Shown here piece by piece: positions 48,068-64,000 of a stretch of DNA of 64,000 nucleotides. The notes under the pieces were generated by a model that saw only the letters and a list, made by a program, of their open reading frames with translations, ran no database searches and had not been told where the DNA came from. Position numbers and translations under genes: made by a program. Source of the DNA: the human T2T-CHM13v2.0 reference genome, Homo sapiens. Location of the stretch: the NCBI RefSeq assembly GCF_009914755.1, contig NC_060929.1; one strand, 5' to 3'. How positions within the stretch are numbered: the stretch's first letter is position 1; each line of letters opens with the position of its first letter.

Positions 48068-49243
48068 TATGTGTAAGGCAAAAATCCAGGCTGGAGGTTT
48101 AGCTAGAAAAGCCAATAAATTAACTAAATAATTGTGACTCAGGGGCCTGCCATGGCCCAGAATAATTTCAGACATTGCAGTTAGAATAAAAAAACCCCAC
48201 AAAATCCCCATCTTCAGATAAGGAAAAGAGCAAGTAGAAAGATATACTTATATTTTGCAGATATTATAAGCTGTAGAAAGGAGAGAACATTGTAAGGTAG
48301 ACCAGATAGTTAATCACTTGTGGAGAAGGTAGCACCTGAGGTGTCCCACAAAAGAAGAATTAAAAATAGATTGAAGAGAGGTTTTCTTGATGGGGAAAAA
48401 TAGGATGAGAAGAGATGGTGATAGAAATGAGCAAGCTCATTGTGGGAGGTTTATGGTGTGTGTGTGTGTAACAGCCTTAAATGTTAATTTCTTAACTTGG
48501 AACACAATTTGAGAAGTAGGAAAATATTAAAAAAAATTTATGTTAGAAATTGTCTTGGAATCAGATGCTAAGAAAATAATTTGGTTTTAGACTAGAGGAT
48601 CAATTGAGAGAGAGAGAGGTCACCGAGGGAAAGGATTTCATGGTGATCCAGGGTTGAGAGAGATTTCATTGTGGGTAATAGGAATAAAAAGGAAGGGCAA
48701 ACTATGAGAAGACAAAAAGGACGTCATCAAGACCAAATGACTTTCTCTCTTCTCTTGGACTGCAAACACCACTGCATCAGAAACGGTATCCCCATTGCTT
48801 AGCACATGATTGGCATCAGTAAATGCTCAATACGTATTTATTGGATGAATAAACAAAGTAGGGCCAGTCCTTGGCAGAGACGTCAATAAATGGTTAATCA
48901 ATAGTTGGCAGAACTGAGGCCTCAGAAAGCATGAAAAACTCCCATCGAAGTCCATACTCCTGTTCACCATTATCCTGTTTGCTTAATACATTCGATAATG
49001 CTGGCCTTCCTTCAGGAGTGAGATGGGGCTGTGTTACTCACCCCGTCAGGGTCTTTCCTCATGATACTGTTTGCTCCGCCTGGGCTGACTACTCCTGTGT
49101 TAGTAACAGAAGGACAGATATGGGGATAATTTTCTTAGTATCTGGCTCTCCTATTAAATTGCAAATAAGCTCCACAAGAAGAGGGACTGTGTCTGTTGAA
49201 ATCACCGTCATATCTCCATGCGTTTTATTGCACACATCTAAAT

Positions 49244-49636
49244 TGATGTGGTTTGAATTTGCGTCTCCACCCAAATCTCATGTCAAATTGTAATCCCCAA
49301 TATTGGAGGAGGGGCCTGGAGGGAGGTGATATGATCATGGAGGCGAATTTGGATCATGGAGGCAGATTTCTTCCTTGCTGTTCTCATGATAGTGAGTGAG
49401 TTCTCATGAGATCTGGTTGTTTAGAAGTGTGTAGCACCTCCCACTTTGATCCCCTACTCCAGCCATGTAAGATGTACTGCTTCCCCTTCCCCTTCTGCTG
49501 TGATTCTAAGTTTCCTGTGGCCTCCACAGCCATGCATCCTGAACAGCCTGTGGAACCATGAATCAAAACCTCTTTTCTTAATAAATTACCCAGTCTCAGG
49601 TAGTTCTTTATAGCACTGTGGGAACAGACTAATACA
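49244..49636 (+). mobile_element. MSTA-like MaLR solo LTR
   Basis: tgatgtggtttgaatttgcgtctccacccaaatctcatgtcaaattgtaatcccca ... cagactaataca; TSD taaat / taagt. Confidence 0.88.
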
Positions 49637-49749
49637 TAAGTGAAGGATGAGATACCATCTATTTCTGTTCTTCTGGTCCTTCACAGTAGAGTCCACAGCA
49701 TCTATTTCTCTTCTTGAATAGTTATTTATCTCATTTCTCATATTCCATC

Positions 49750-50602
<853 letters not shown>

Positions 50603-50609
50603 TTGTCCA

Positions 50610-51370
50610 TTGGAAACTGCTGTAACATTGCCTTAAAATATATCCTGAATATGACTGTTTATCTCCTCCATGGCTCCCACCTTTATCAATAACATTATCA
50701 TCTTTCTCCTAAATCACTCATCCTCCTAACTGGTCTCCTTGTTTCCAGTCCTCTTTTTCTGCAGTAGAGCAGAGTGAACTGATCAATCCATAAACATGAC
50801 CTGTCATTCTTGTTGTCAAATTCTCCAGTGACCAGATATCACATTCAAAGAGAAAGTAAAGTGTTTATAGTGACCTAAATAAACTGGTTCCCCATTGCCT
50901 CCCAGCCTCTGTATCCTCCTCCCTCGTCATTCACTTCACTCCAGCCATATGGGTTTACCCACTCTTCCTCACAGACATGTTCCCCCTCAGAATCCTGACA
51001 CTCACAGTCATCTCGCCCTGGAATGGTCTGTCCAAAGGTTCCTGTACGGCTCATTCCCTCACCTCCTTTAGATGTTTTACCAAATCCATGACGCCCTCCC
51101 TGGCACTTTGCCTAAATGTCAGTCTCTTCTCATACTCCCCCATCCCTCTTTACTTCTTCTGCTTAACCCTTATTATCAACCTACTACACATCTCATTTAT
51201 TTATCTTGTTTTTTGCCTGTTTCACTCACTAGAGTGTAACCCTCAGGAGAGCACAGATTTTTGTCTGTTATGCTCACTGCTGAATCTCCAGTGCTTATGA
51301 TAGCTTGTGACATACAGAAGGTACTCATTAAATACTTGATGAATTAAAGTACACATAAATGAATAATACA
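50610..51370 (+). mobile_element. L2 LINE 3' portion
   Basis: cctcctaactggtctccttgtttccagtc...cactagagtgtaaccctcaggagagcacagatttttgtctg...tactcattaaatacttgatgaat. Confidence 0.75.
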
Positions 51371-54300
51371 TGACCCAGCCCCAAGCTTCATCTCCGTTGT
51401 ACAACCTTCTTCAATTCCCCAGAGAATTTTGTGTATACGTATTTTTCATTAAAATTTCTCTCATTCTCTTTTTTCTGCTACAATTAGAAACGATTGGCAA
51501 TCGTTTTCTAATTGTTTTTGTGCCCCATACATCTATAACAGTGCCTGGCATGTTATAATTGTTAAAAACAACACTCATCATTTTTTTTTGAATGACTGAA
51601 TGAATGAATAAATGATTTTTCTTGTGATGTCAAATTGTTCTACAAAGGAATATTCCAAATTATACTGCAGTATATGAGTGTACCAGTATATGAATGTACC
51701 AGATTCACTAAAGATAAATCAGGATTTGGGTTTGTTTTTTGTTAATATAAGCATACTGAGTGGTAACATTTATTTCTATTTGCTTATTTCTTTATTCTTT
51801 AATTATTACTGCTTAACTGTTTTCAATTCTTTTTCTTAAGTTTACAAATACATTCCGCTTGTAGCATTTTGTAGTTTATATTAGAAATCATGAGAAAAGA
51901 ATTTCCAAAGAATATGGAAGTTAACTGTTTCTTTGCATCACCAATATTGGGGAGTATGTGAGTCACGGACCCAGATGCTTCCAGGGGCCTGATAGGCAGC
52001 ATAAGTGAGCAAACCTCCAGGTCAGTGTCCAGGCCCTGAAGACAGAAAGTGCATTTTTCACAGCCCACAGCTGGTGTTCAGTACAGCTAATGGGTGCCAC
52101 GTGGGAAAGCAGGCTTGATGCTGCCAGAGTTCCTTTTTCAAAATTAAACCTTTTACTTCTTAGTTCTGGAGATGAAAATACACAGTAACACTTGTAGTAA
52201 AACTATTTCTTAAAAGATAATGAAACAGTAAAAGTACTATAATCAGGGATGATAACATGAGAAGCTGTGATATTGATTCACCACCCTTGGAATTGTTGAA
52301 CATGGTATGTGTTTCATATTCCACTTTCCAGGAAGTGTTAGAATGAATTACGATGATTAAGAATTAATTTGTGTTTATTCTTTTCCCCCTACTCTCTATC
52401 ATATTTCCAAATTGTAATGATTATAGTGATAATTGGTTGGAGGCCACTCTTCTGTTTGGTTTGGAATATGATGATTCATTACAGCCACTATCAAATTCCT
52501 GGCCAATATGTAGCAGAAGCTTTTGGTTAGCAGAAAGCACATGGTGTACACATTTGATCTACCACACAACATGGCAGATACCCCATTTGCATTGCCAGTT
52601 GCGCTACGCAAACACTTTCCTGGAATTATTTGAAATATAGCAAGGGTTATTGTTAAAATCTCTATACTGGAAAAAAAAAATTGCCATGTTTTTGAAGAGC
52701 TTCTTGCCAGAGAATGGGAACAACATTAATAATACAGGCTGGCCTATCGTTCAGATAGTTCCCTTGGTGGTCAATTAGAGCTGGCATCCTAGAGGGAGCA
52801 GCATCTGTTATACAGACTTTAAGCTCTCTTCTCATAAAAGAAGATCTAGAAGCAGTTGAATGTATATTGGGACTCTTCCTAACTTTTCTCTAGGTGGTAT
52901 TATCAAAGCTTAATGCTTGGCAATTACTTTGTGCTTATCGTTTTACAACTTTTCTTTTTAATTTCTGCAAGTTTATATGGCTACTTAGGAGATGCCATGA
53001 CACAAAAGAGCCCACATATGTGTTTTTTTTTTTGTGAAAATATCTCATGTGCTTATGCACTTCTTTAAATTCCAGAGGAACAGCATTTGTCAGTTTCAGA
53101 GCTCTCAGCCAGGTACTGTGGAAGAATATAAAACAGAGAGAAGTTTGGTTTATCATGCCTAACAGAAGGTGGCACCAGAAATATCTAATAATGGTTTATT
53201 TAGTTTTGCTTAGGACATGATTGTTATGTTGATATATAAAGAAAATTACTCAAAATCTTTTTCATAACACCAAGTAATGACTGTATTTTATCACAGCACC
53301 ATTCTCCTGTTGTCCAAACATTATTGCCTTATTCATCATACCAATACCATCATTTTCATATTATACCTCTGTTTATTTCCACGGTCTCAAGCAAAACAAT
53401 AAGTAAACTAAGTTGCCTTTAACTTTCTTTGGACAAAATTATTCAATAATTAACTTTATTACTTTTAACTTAAATATTTTCTAAATTTAGAATTCAATTC
53501 TTCATGTTTGAATGGGATCTCATTTTGTATATGCCCTGGTAAAAGAGATACAACTATTTAGGAACTGTTTACAGCTCCTTCTTAAAGATAAAACTAAAAA
53601 AGAAGAGCACAATAATGACATACTTAAATGCCTGCTTATTTGTTTGCAAGAATATATGAAATTCAGAGCCTAGTATATTCATACCTGGTATCAGGTATAA
53701 ACAGAGTGGTTTGAAATCATTCATTGTTTCTACAAATCAGCCTTATTCAGTGAATATCAAATTTATATTTTTACAAATAAAAAATAAGTTTCAGAAAGGT
53801 TAATAACTTGGCCATTGAGCTAGTAAGAAACAGGGCTATTTATACTTCACTATTTGAAACTTCTCTATTTAAAACTAAATCCTCTCTTTGCATAAATGGC
53901 AGAAAGATTCAGGATAAATCTATGTAGATAAATTAACTACATGGTGGCATGTAGGTTTGTTGACATTACAGAGGAGAAGTGCAGCAAATTCGTTTACTGT
54001 CATAACAGTTATGTTCTATTCTGTCTTAGTTGCCCTTTATAATGGAATTGATTTTTTTAACTCACAGGATCAGATTTCTGTACATGAGTTCTGTGTCCTT
54101 TAAAAAAGACACTTTGGGGATGCTGAGCATCAAGAAAATAAGCCAAATATTTCCACAGCTCTTCCCTTTCAGGTGCCTTGCGAGTGCCTGCCACTTTCTT
54201 TTTAACACTTTCAGTAGTGACAACTCTTCAGTAGTTGATGGCTTTTTTTTTTAATGTGAAGAGAAAAAAAAAAGAAAAAGAGAAAGCTATCTAGAGCTAA

Positions 54301-54374
54301 GTCTAGAGAATATGGTGAAAATTGCATTATTTAAGCTCCAATTCAAATGTGTTTATAAAATAACCACCATGATG

Positions 54375-54518
54375 CTTCCCTCCTCACTTCCTCCCCACTT
54401 CCCTCCCTCCCTTCCTTCCCTCTCTTTCCCCCTCCTTCCCTCCCTCACTTCCTTCCTTCCTTCTTCTCTTCCTCTTTCCTTTCTTTCTTACCTCCTTCTT
54501 TCCTTCTCCTGCTTCTCC
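54375..54518. repeat. Polypyrimidine (CCTT/CCCT)-rich low-complexity tract
   Basis: About 140 nt almost entirely C/T on the + strand. Confidence 0.9.
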
Positions 54519-54684
54519 ATAAATCATAATGTGTTTCTATGAAGGGAATTTCAAAAATGTTATCAGGGTGGAAAATTATTGAAATAAGTAAATATCTTCC
54601 TAGGTGTCAATTTTAAATACTAATACTTTGAGAAGCAAGTGCTAGTGTGTTCATTTATCTTATAGTCAACTCTAGTGAAAATAT

Positions 54685-55297
54685 CTTCTCTGGTTATCTT
54701 TTACTGTGTAAAACCTCCCCCAAACGTAGTGGTGTAAAACCACAATTATTTTACTCTGCACACAGTTTTGTGGGTCAGAAAATTGGGCAGGACGTCACAG
54801 GAATGGCTCATCTTAGATCACGACAGCTGAGGCCTCTGCTGGGTGGCTCTATGGGCTGAAGATGGCTCAGATGGGGCCATTTATCTGCCACCTCAGTTCT
54901 GGCTTTTGTCTGAATTTCTTAATTTTTCTCCACATCCAAGTTGTCTTATTTTCATTCACTCACATGTCCAGAACCTGGCTTAGATGGGTGAAATCTCTGG
55001 GGCTGGCTGGTCTCCTTTCCTCATGTGGCCTTCCAAAATGCTCAGCTTCAATTTCCTCACAATCCAGTAGCTGGGCTTCTTACACAGTGGCTAGCCTTCC
55101 CCAAAACAACATTTCCAAGAAGCGAGAAGTAGGAGTTGCTAATCTCATAAGGCCTGGACCAGAAACTGATGTAGCATCTCGTCTGCCATATTATGTCAGT
55201 AAAATCATTAACACAGCCTGCTCAGATTCAAGGGACAGAGACATGAACTCCCAGAACTCAATGACAGGAGCGTCAAAGAATTTCATAATCCACCACA
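54685..55297 (-). mobile_element. MLT1G/H-type MaLR LTR
   Basis: cccaaacgtagtggtgtaaaaccacaatt...tgtgggtcagaaaattgggcagg...ctcagattcaagggacagagacat. Confidence 0.65.
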
Positions 55298-56099
55298 AAA
55301 CCTACAAGTATCCAAATAGATAGGAGACATATTCTTCTCTGGATTTTTCTCTGTCTTGAAAACATCAGAGATGTTCAGGGTGCTGTATGAATTAAAGATG
55401 AAGTGTTAAGCATAGATTTGCCTCAAAATACTGCATATATATGCTCAGAATCTAGATATATTTATTTTAGTACAGAGCTAGTTCTGATTAATTTTTATGT
55501 CTACATAGCTGACTCATTCTAAGATTTTTGGACCCTTTATTTGGAGAACAATTGCCTGACAAATTAGTGCAGTTTACCCATGCTGTATTATAAATCATGT
55601 ATTCCTCTCTACTTTGCTTATGTTCAACTCTTTCCCTGAAATATCTGCCCATATCCATGCTAGCTTTGCTGTCTGAAATTTCTGTCCATCCACAAAAATC
55701 CATGTCTTCCATTAAGCCTTTTCTCATCCCCAAACCAGATACTTTATTCCTTTCATGTAAGCCTCCATAATATTTTTTGGAGGGAGGATGTTCTGTGTTA
55801 TTCTTCTCATACTTTACCTTGAATTAAAGCCATTTATTTATTTATTATCTTCTCACCCTGGGCAAGCTCTTAGGAGGCAGGATGACTTCTCATTTATTTT
55901 TCATCTGACGTCATTCTTAGTGTGGTGCCTTGTCCACAGTAGGTGCTTGAGAGGTATTGCTCAAAGTGAAGAACTGGAATATTTATATATATGAGAATTT
56001 CTGTTGATTTTGCTACTTTTATAGAAAGATCCATTATCTAAAGGCGGTGATAAATTGAGTACTTACTCGGGTTAGGATGATGGTGATTACCTGATATAC

Positions 56100-56780
56100 C
56101 GCATCCGTTGAGCAACCATGAAGTATCCTGGCACTTGCCTAAACACCATGCTAGGCAAAAAAGCAATCAAAGTTTTCTCATGCAGAAAAATTCATTTTAG
56201 TGGGGGAATTAGACATGAGATAGCAAGTAGATAACCATTTAGTTGAATTGTGCTAAGTTCTATTAAAGAGAGGCTGAGTGTGCTAGCAGTGGGTAGAATA
56301 GGGAGATCTAACCAATCCAGGAGGGTATTTAGGGAAGGCTTCCCTCTGGAGGTGACTTTAGAGCTGAATTCTGAAGGATGACTGGTAATTAACAAAAGGG
56401 AGAGGACAGGTGGCATTCTGAGACTTGAGCAGGTAGGACACATGGCTTGTTGGAAAATGGAGAGAAGTGATGTTTGCACTGAGATCTGAAGGATACGTAG
56501 GAGCCAACGGTATGGAGTGGAGGGAGCCAATATCAGGCAGATGAGACAGTGTGTGGAAAGGACCTGGGGTGGCAAGAAACATGGAATATGAGAGAGGCAG
56601 AAAGATGGTCAATGGGGCATGGGAGAGATTGGCTGGGGACCTGGGTCACTTTGTGGCAGGCCCCTCATGGACCACACAAAAGATTATTAATTGGCTTTAT
56701 GCCTAATATAAGAAGAAGCCATTGAAATAATTTAAGTAGAGAGGTGCCCTGTTCAGATTTGTGGTTTCAAAAGAATATCT
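56100..56780 (-). mobile_element. L2 LINE fragment
   Basis: agggaaggcttccctctggaggtgactttagagctgaattctgaaggatga...gaagccattgaaataattttaag. Confidence 0.65.
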
Positions 56781-57009
56781 TCATTATAACAATTTAACCA
56801 CACTTTAAAAATCAGAAATTTTCCCAGGGTCAGAAAAATTGAATGACAAAGCAACAAAGGCATAACATAAATTCAAGCTCTCAGATTCAAAACTCAGAGC
56901 CTTTGTTTCAAAGAGTATTTGGAAGTGCCATTTTCCCTTAAGCTTAGGGGTGATCTATGTCATATTTCAGACATGGAACCTAAATTTCAGGTCCGTTAAG
57001 ACTTGAAAT

Positions 57010-57401
57010 ATTCCCCTTCCTGTGCCCATGTGTTCTCATTGTTCAATTCCCACCTATGAGTGAGAACATGCAGTGTTTGGTTTTTTGTCCTTGCGATAGT
57101 TTACTGAGAATGATGATTTCCAATTTCATCCATGTCCCTACAAAGGACATGAACTCATCATTTTTTATGGCTGCATAGTATTCCATGGTGTATATGTGCC
57201 ACATTTTCTTAATCCAGTCTATCATTGGGGGAAGGGATAGCATTAGGAGATATACCTAATGCTAAATGACGAGTTAATGGGTGCAGCACACCAGCATGGC
57301 ACATGTATACATATGTAACTAACCTGCACATTGTGCACATGTACCCTAAAACTTAAAGTATAATAATAATAAAATAAAAAAACCCAAAAAACAAAAAACA
57401 A
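57010..57401 (+). mobile_element. 5'-inverted (twin-primed) L1PA3-like insertion
   Basis: Antisense L1 piece 57010-57227 joined to a sense 3' end 57227-57401 (gctaaatgacgag, gtaccctaaaac); TSD aagacttgaaat at 56998-57009 and 57402-57413. Confidence 0.93.
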
Positions 57402-57669
57402 AAGACTTGAAATGGCTTTTCCTCCGCTCACCATCCACATCAGATACAGGGATGTGTTTAGAGAAGGTATACAAACAATGACAGTACTGGGCTCTAGAGA
57501 AAAGATTGCAGCTATGAAGTCCTGGCAGCATTTCCTGGGTATATGTTAGTAATATTCTCTGGAAAGTTTTTTTTCCCCCCTACACCATGAAGAGGCAGGC
57601 TGTGGTCCTCTCTTTAGTTTCATTGTAGAATAACAATCTGCATATACACACCAGAAACTATGAAAAAAA

Positions 57670-57920
57670 GCCTGGTTTAGGAATTAAAAAGACTTAGATT
57701 AAAATCCTGGCCTGGCTTATAGTCCAAAATCCTGGACTAAAATTACTAGGTCTGTCACATTCTTAATTTCACTGAGCTTAATTAAGGTTTTCCACCTGGA
57801 AGAAGAATGTGATAATCCTGACTCCACGGGCATGCCGTGAGGATGAATAGAACACAGCAAATGCAAAATCGCTTCAGTCTATTAGTCTGTAAATGATCAT
57901 GATTATTGTTGTTATTACTA
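57670..57920 (+). mobile_element. MIR SINE
   Basis: tcttaatttcactgagc...ttttccacctgg...gtgaggatgaatag..gcaaatgcaaaa. Confidence 0.5.
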
Positions 57921-58136
57921 TTTTATGCATTGTGTCCTTTGTTTACTGGAGCAGATACTGCTATTTAAAACCCACTTAACTTTTTTTCCTCTTCATAACA
58001 TTTATTTGTGTGATAGACAGAAAAGTCCCCCTACCCCTACCCCACCAAGTTGACCACATCCTAACTCTTCGAACCTTTAAACAAGTTATACAATGTGGTA
58101 AAAAGGACTTTGTAGAAGTAATTACATTAGAGGTTT

Positions 58137-61496
<3,360 letters not shown>

Positions 61497-62803
61497 TCAC
61501 ATGGGTCATTATAAGAGGGAGTCAGGTGGGTCAGAGTTAGAGAGAAACATTCGAAGATGCTACAGGTGCTATGCTGCTAGCTTTGAACATGGTGGAAGGA
61601 GCCACCAGCCAAGGAATGCAGTGGCTTTTAGAAGCTGAAAAGGGGATAAATTCTCCCCTAGAGCCTGCAGAAGAAACCCAGCCCTGCTAACGCCTTAATT
61701 TTAGCCCAGTAAGGCCGGTTCTGAACTTCTGACTTCCAGAACTGTAACTTGTGTTGTTTTAAACTATGACTATTGTGGTGATTTGTCATACACAATACAC
61801 TATGAAACAATGAATTTTAGCTGGCAAAATTTTTATGTCCCATATTTTTGTACAGGAGGGCATCTTTGTTTATGCGTATGGGCTTTAATAATTATCTAAT
61901 TATATTGATTTATGATACTTTTCATGATTTTAAAAAGCCTGCATTGAATCTAAATTTAACCCAATAATTACTTTTTTTCTTCCTTTCCTTATCATATTAT
62001 TTTTTCTTGTTTGTTTTAACGGTAACCCAAAAATAAAAATAATATACTAGAAAGTCTCTTGAGAGGAGGATTTCTTAAAATGCTGCTATATCTGGCATGA
62101 TGAAGCAACTACTCCACCAACTAAATTTGTAACTGGAAAGCAGAAAGTTCTTCAAAGTTCACACAGAATAAGAGCCTGGCCTCCCGGGCAGGAGGATGCC
62201 ATCTGTTATCACCGTGACTTTCTGCCAGAATGATTGCTTTCTCATCCCTCCTAGGGAGGAGATTTTTAGGCAAGAACTACCAGCAGAATTGACTCTAATA
62301 AATTTGAGGTTTTAGAACTTTTTCGTAATTCTGTAGTTTTCTTGGTATTGAATGGTTTAGTTAACAGAAATAAAATGGATTTTTGTTTTCGTTCTTTGCA
62401 TCTCTTCTTATTTTGTGGGCATATAATCACCTTAACTTCTACCTAAAGCTGTTTGCTCTGCAGCTGGTAGGAAGACATTCTTGCTTGGCTGGACATAAAT
62501 CCTCTGTATGCCATCTTTTAAAAATTCCTACCTCTGATGAATAAACAGAGAGCCATATGAATATAGTATTAAATTCAATATAAAAAGAGAAAGTGAGGGA
62601 AATTTTAGCATACTATTAGGAATTGCTTTTTTCTAAATGTTTACTAACTTTCAGTATCTTATGCTTAGCCCATAGACTCTTCAAGACCATGACAACACTC
62701 TGGAAACAAAATCCCAAGCAGAGATGCTAATGTTCTTTATTGTTGAATACTGCTCTTAGAATCACAGTTAATTTTTTCTTCTCTGGGAATACATGTATAA
62801 ATA

Positions 62804-62865
62804 TATCAATACTGCTCCATTTAATTAATAAAGCTATCAGTACTGTTCTATTTAATTAATAAAGC
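62804..62865. repeat. 31-bp tandem duplication
   Basis: tatcaatactgctccatttaattaataaagc / tatcagtactgttctatttaattaataaagc. Confidence 0.85.
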
Positions 62866-63519
62866 AATTATTTCTATTGATAAAGAAAACTATTTGCTTA
62901 GAATGGTAGCTTAAGTCAACCCCATGGGCAAAAAAGCTACTTTAGTTGAAACTTGTTATGGTGTCTGGTTTACTACAATAAAATTGAAATTTCTTTAAAG
63001 TCATATTTTCCCTGCTGAGTGCTAAGGTTGTAACTGTGACAGTTAGGCTGTTTATGTTTGGGCCCTTTAAAAATTTTTATTGTCTTCCTGTCTTAAGTTG
63101 CTTGAAGTATGCAATAAACTTTCAATATTTAACACAGAGCCTTGCTTACCTTGGTAGGGAGGGGGCAAATTTCTTTCAAAACAGGATTGTAGTTTATTGC
63201 ATGTGGTTTGCAAAATCCTGTACGTAATTCTGATTCAGGGCTCCTTATATTTCCTCCCTACTCCCAGTATGAAAAGTGTCTCTTTAGAGTATCTCTTAGT
63301 TTGTGACAAACTTTAAAGCAAATAAACTATCCTTTCAATGAGGTAAAGGATGATACCAAATGTCATAATTCCAATAAATTGGAAAAATAACTGATTCTAA
63401 GAGCAGTATTCAACAACTTTCTAGAAAAAAACTTTCTAGAAAAAAAAGTCTGATCAGGTACCTCAAAAGTGTGATAAAAGAGGGACTATATTAGATACTG
63501 TCAGCACTCTGTCTATATC

Positions 63520-63950
63520 TTCTCACCTTTATCTGTTCAATGCTCTCTGACCAAATTCCAACTGTATTTCTCTGCCAGGGGGCTTTCTCCACATTCTACA
63601 GCTCATTTTGCTGCCCATAAGGCAAGCTGGAAGAGGCAGAAATTATTTCCCTGTCTAGAAACAGCCTTCAACTAATGACTAACAAGGGCTGTTGTACAAA
63701 TAACCCAGGTTCCGCATCCCTCAGGTGGGATACACCTGAGACATGCATTTTACACTGGAACACAGCCTTCTCTGGAAAGATTAACCACTGGATACCCACA
63801 GTGTAACTTCCTTTATTTAAAAAATACTTTCTTGCCTATTTTCTTTTCTTCCTTGTTTCACCCCTTTATATTTCTGCTGGTGTTTCCCAGATTTACCTTC
63901 AATATAAACCACACCGTATGCTCCTGGAGTCCATCTCCAGGAAAAAGGTA
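63520..63950 (+). mobile_element. LTR16C-like ERVL LTR
   Basis: aactaatgactaacaagggctgttgtacaaataacccagg..cccctcaggtgggatacacctgagacatg..tacactg. Confidence 0.55.
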
Positions 63951-64000
63951 TATGGCTTTTAAAAAACAATTTTTGATCAGCCCCTGGTTGACATAAAACT

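Noticed and set aside
54862-55323. 153-aa ORF
   Set aside because: It lies within an old MLT1 LTR and has no recognisable protein features.

Overview
Primate (human/ape-like) genomic DNA that is AT-rich, CpG-poor and dominated by interspersed repeats. I found no recognisable host protein-coding exon, RNA gene, CpG island or CRISPR array, so the window looks intergenic or deep-intronic. It holds about 14 Alu/FLAM copies (J, S and Y types, including an AluYd-lineage copy), a full-length but dead L1PA4/5-like LINE-1 (37653-43818, +), and an oppositely oriented L1 (58137-61437, -) that keeps only its first 49 nt and then skips about 2.9 kb. It also holds a twin-primed L1PA3-like fragment, a ~66-bp L1 tail insertion, several MaLR/ERVL solo LTRs, hAT DNA transposons and MIR/L2 relics. 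The most notable observation is that the two large inverted L1s share the same inactivating mutations (RT motif FADD->FEDD, a 1-bp frameshift, a nonsense codon). This suggests gene conversion between them or local copying, and marks the 14-kb spacer as a candidate inversion. Other leads are an extended intact antisense ORF0, an Alu whose poly(A) tail is replaced by a G-rich tract, a fold-back inverted repeat around a TA tract, and a chain of small exons with strong splice sites at 11.4-12.4 kb. Subfamily calls come from recalled consensus diagnostics rather than a search, and the boundaries of old repeats are approximate. I see no evidence of a wholly new biological system.
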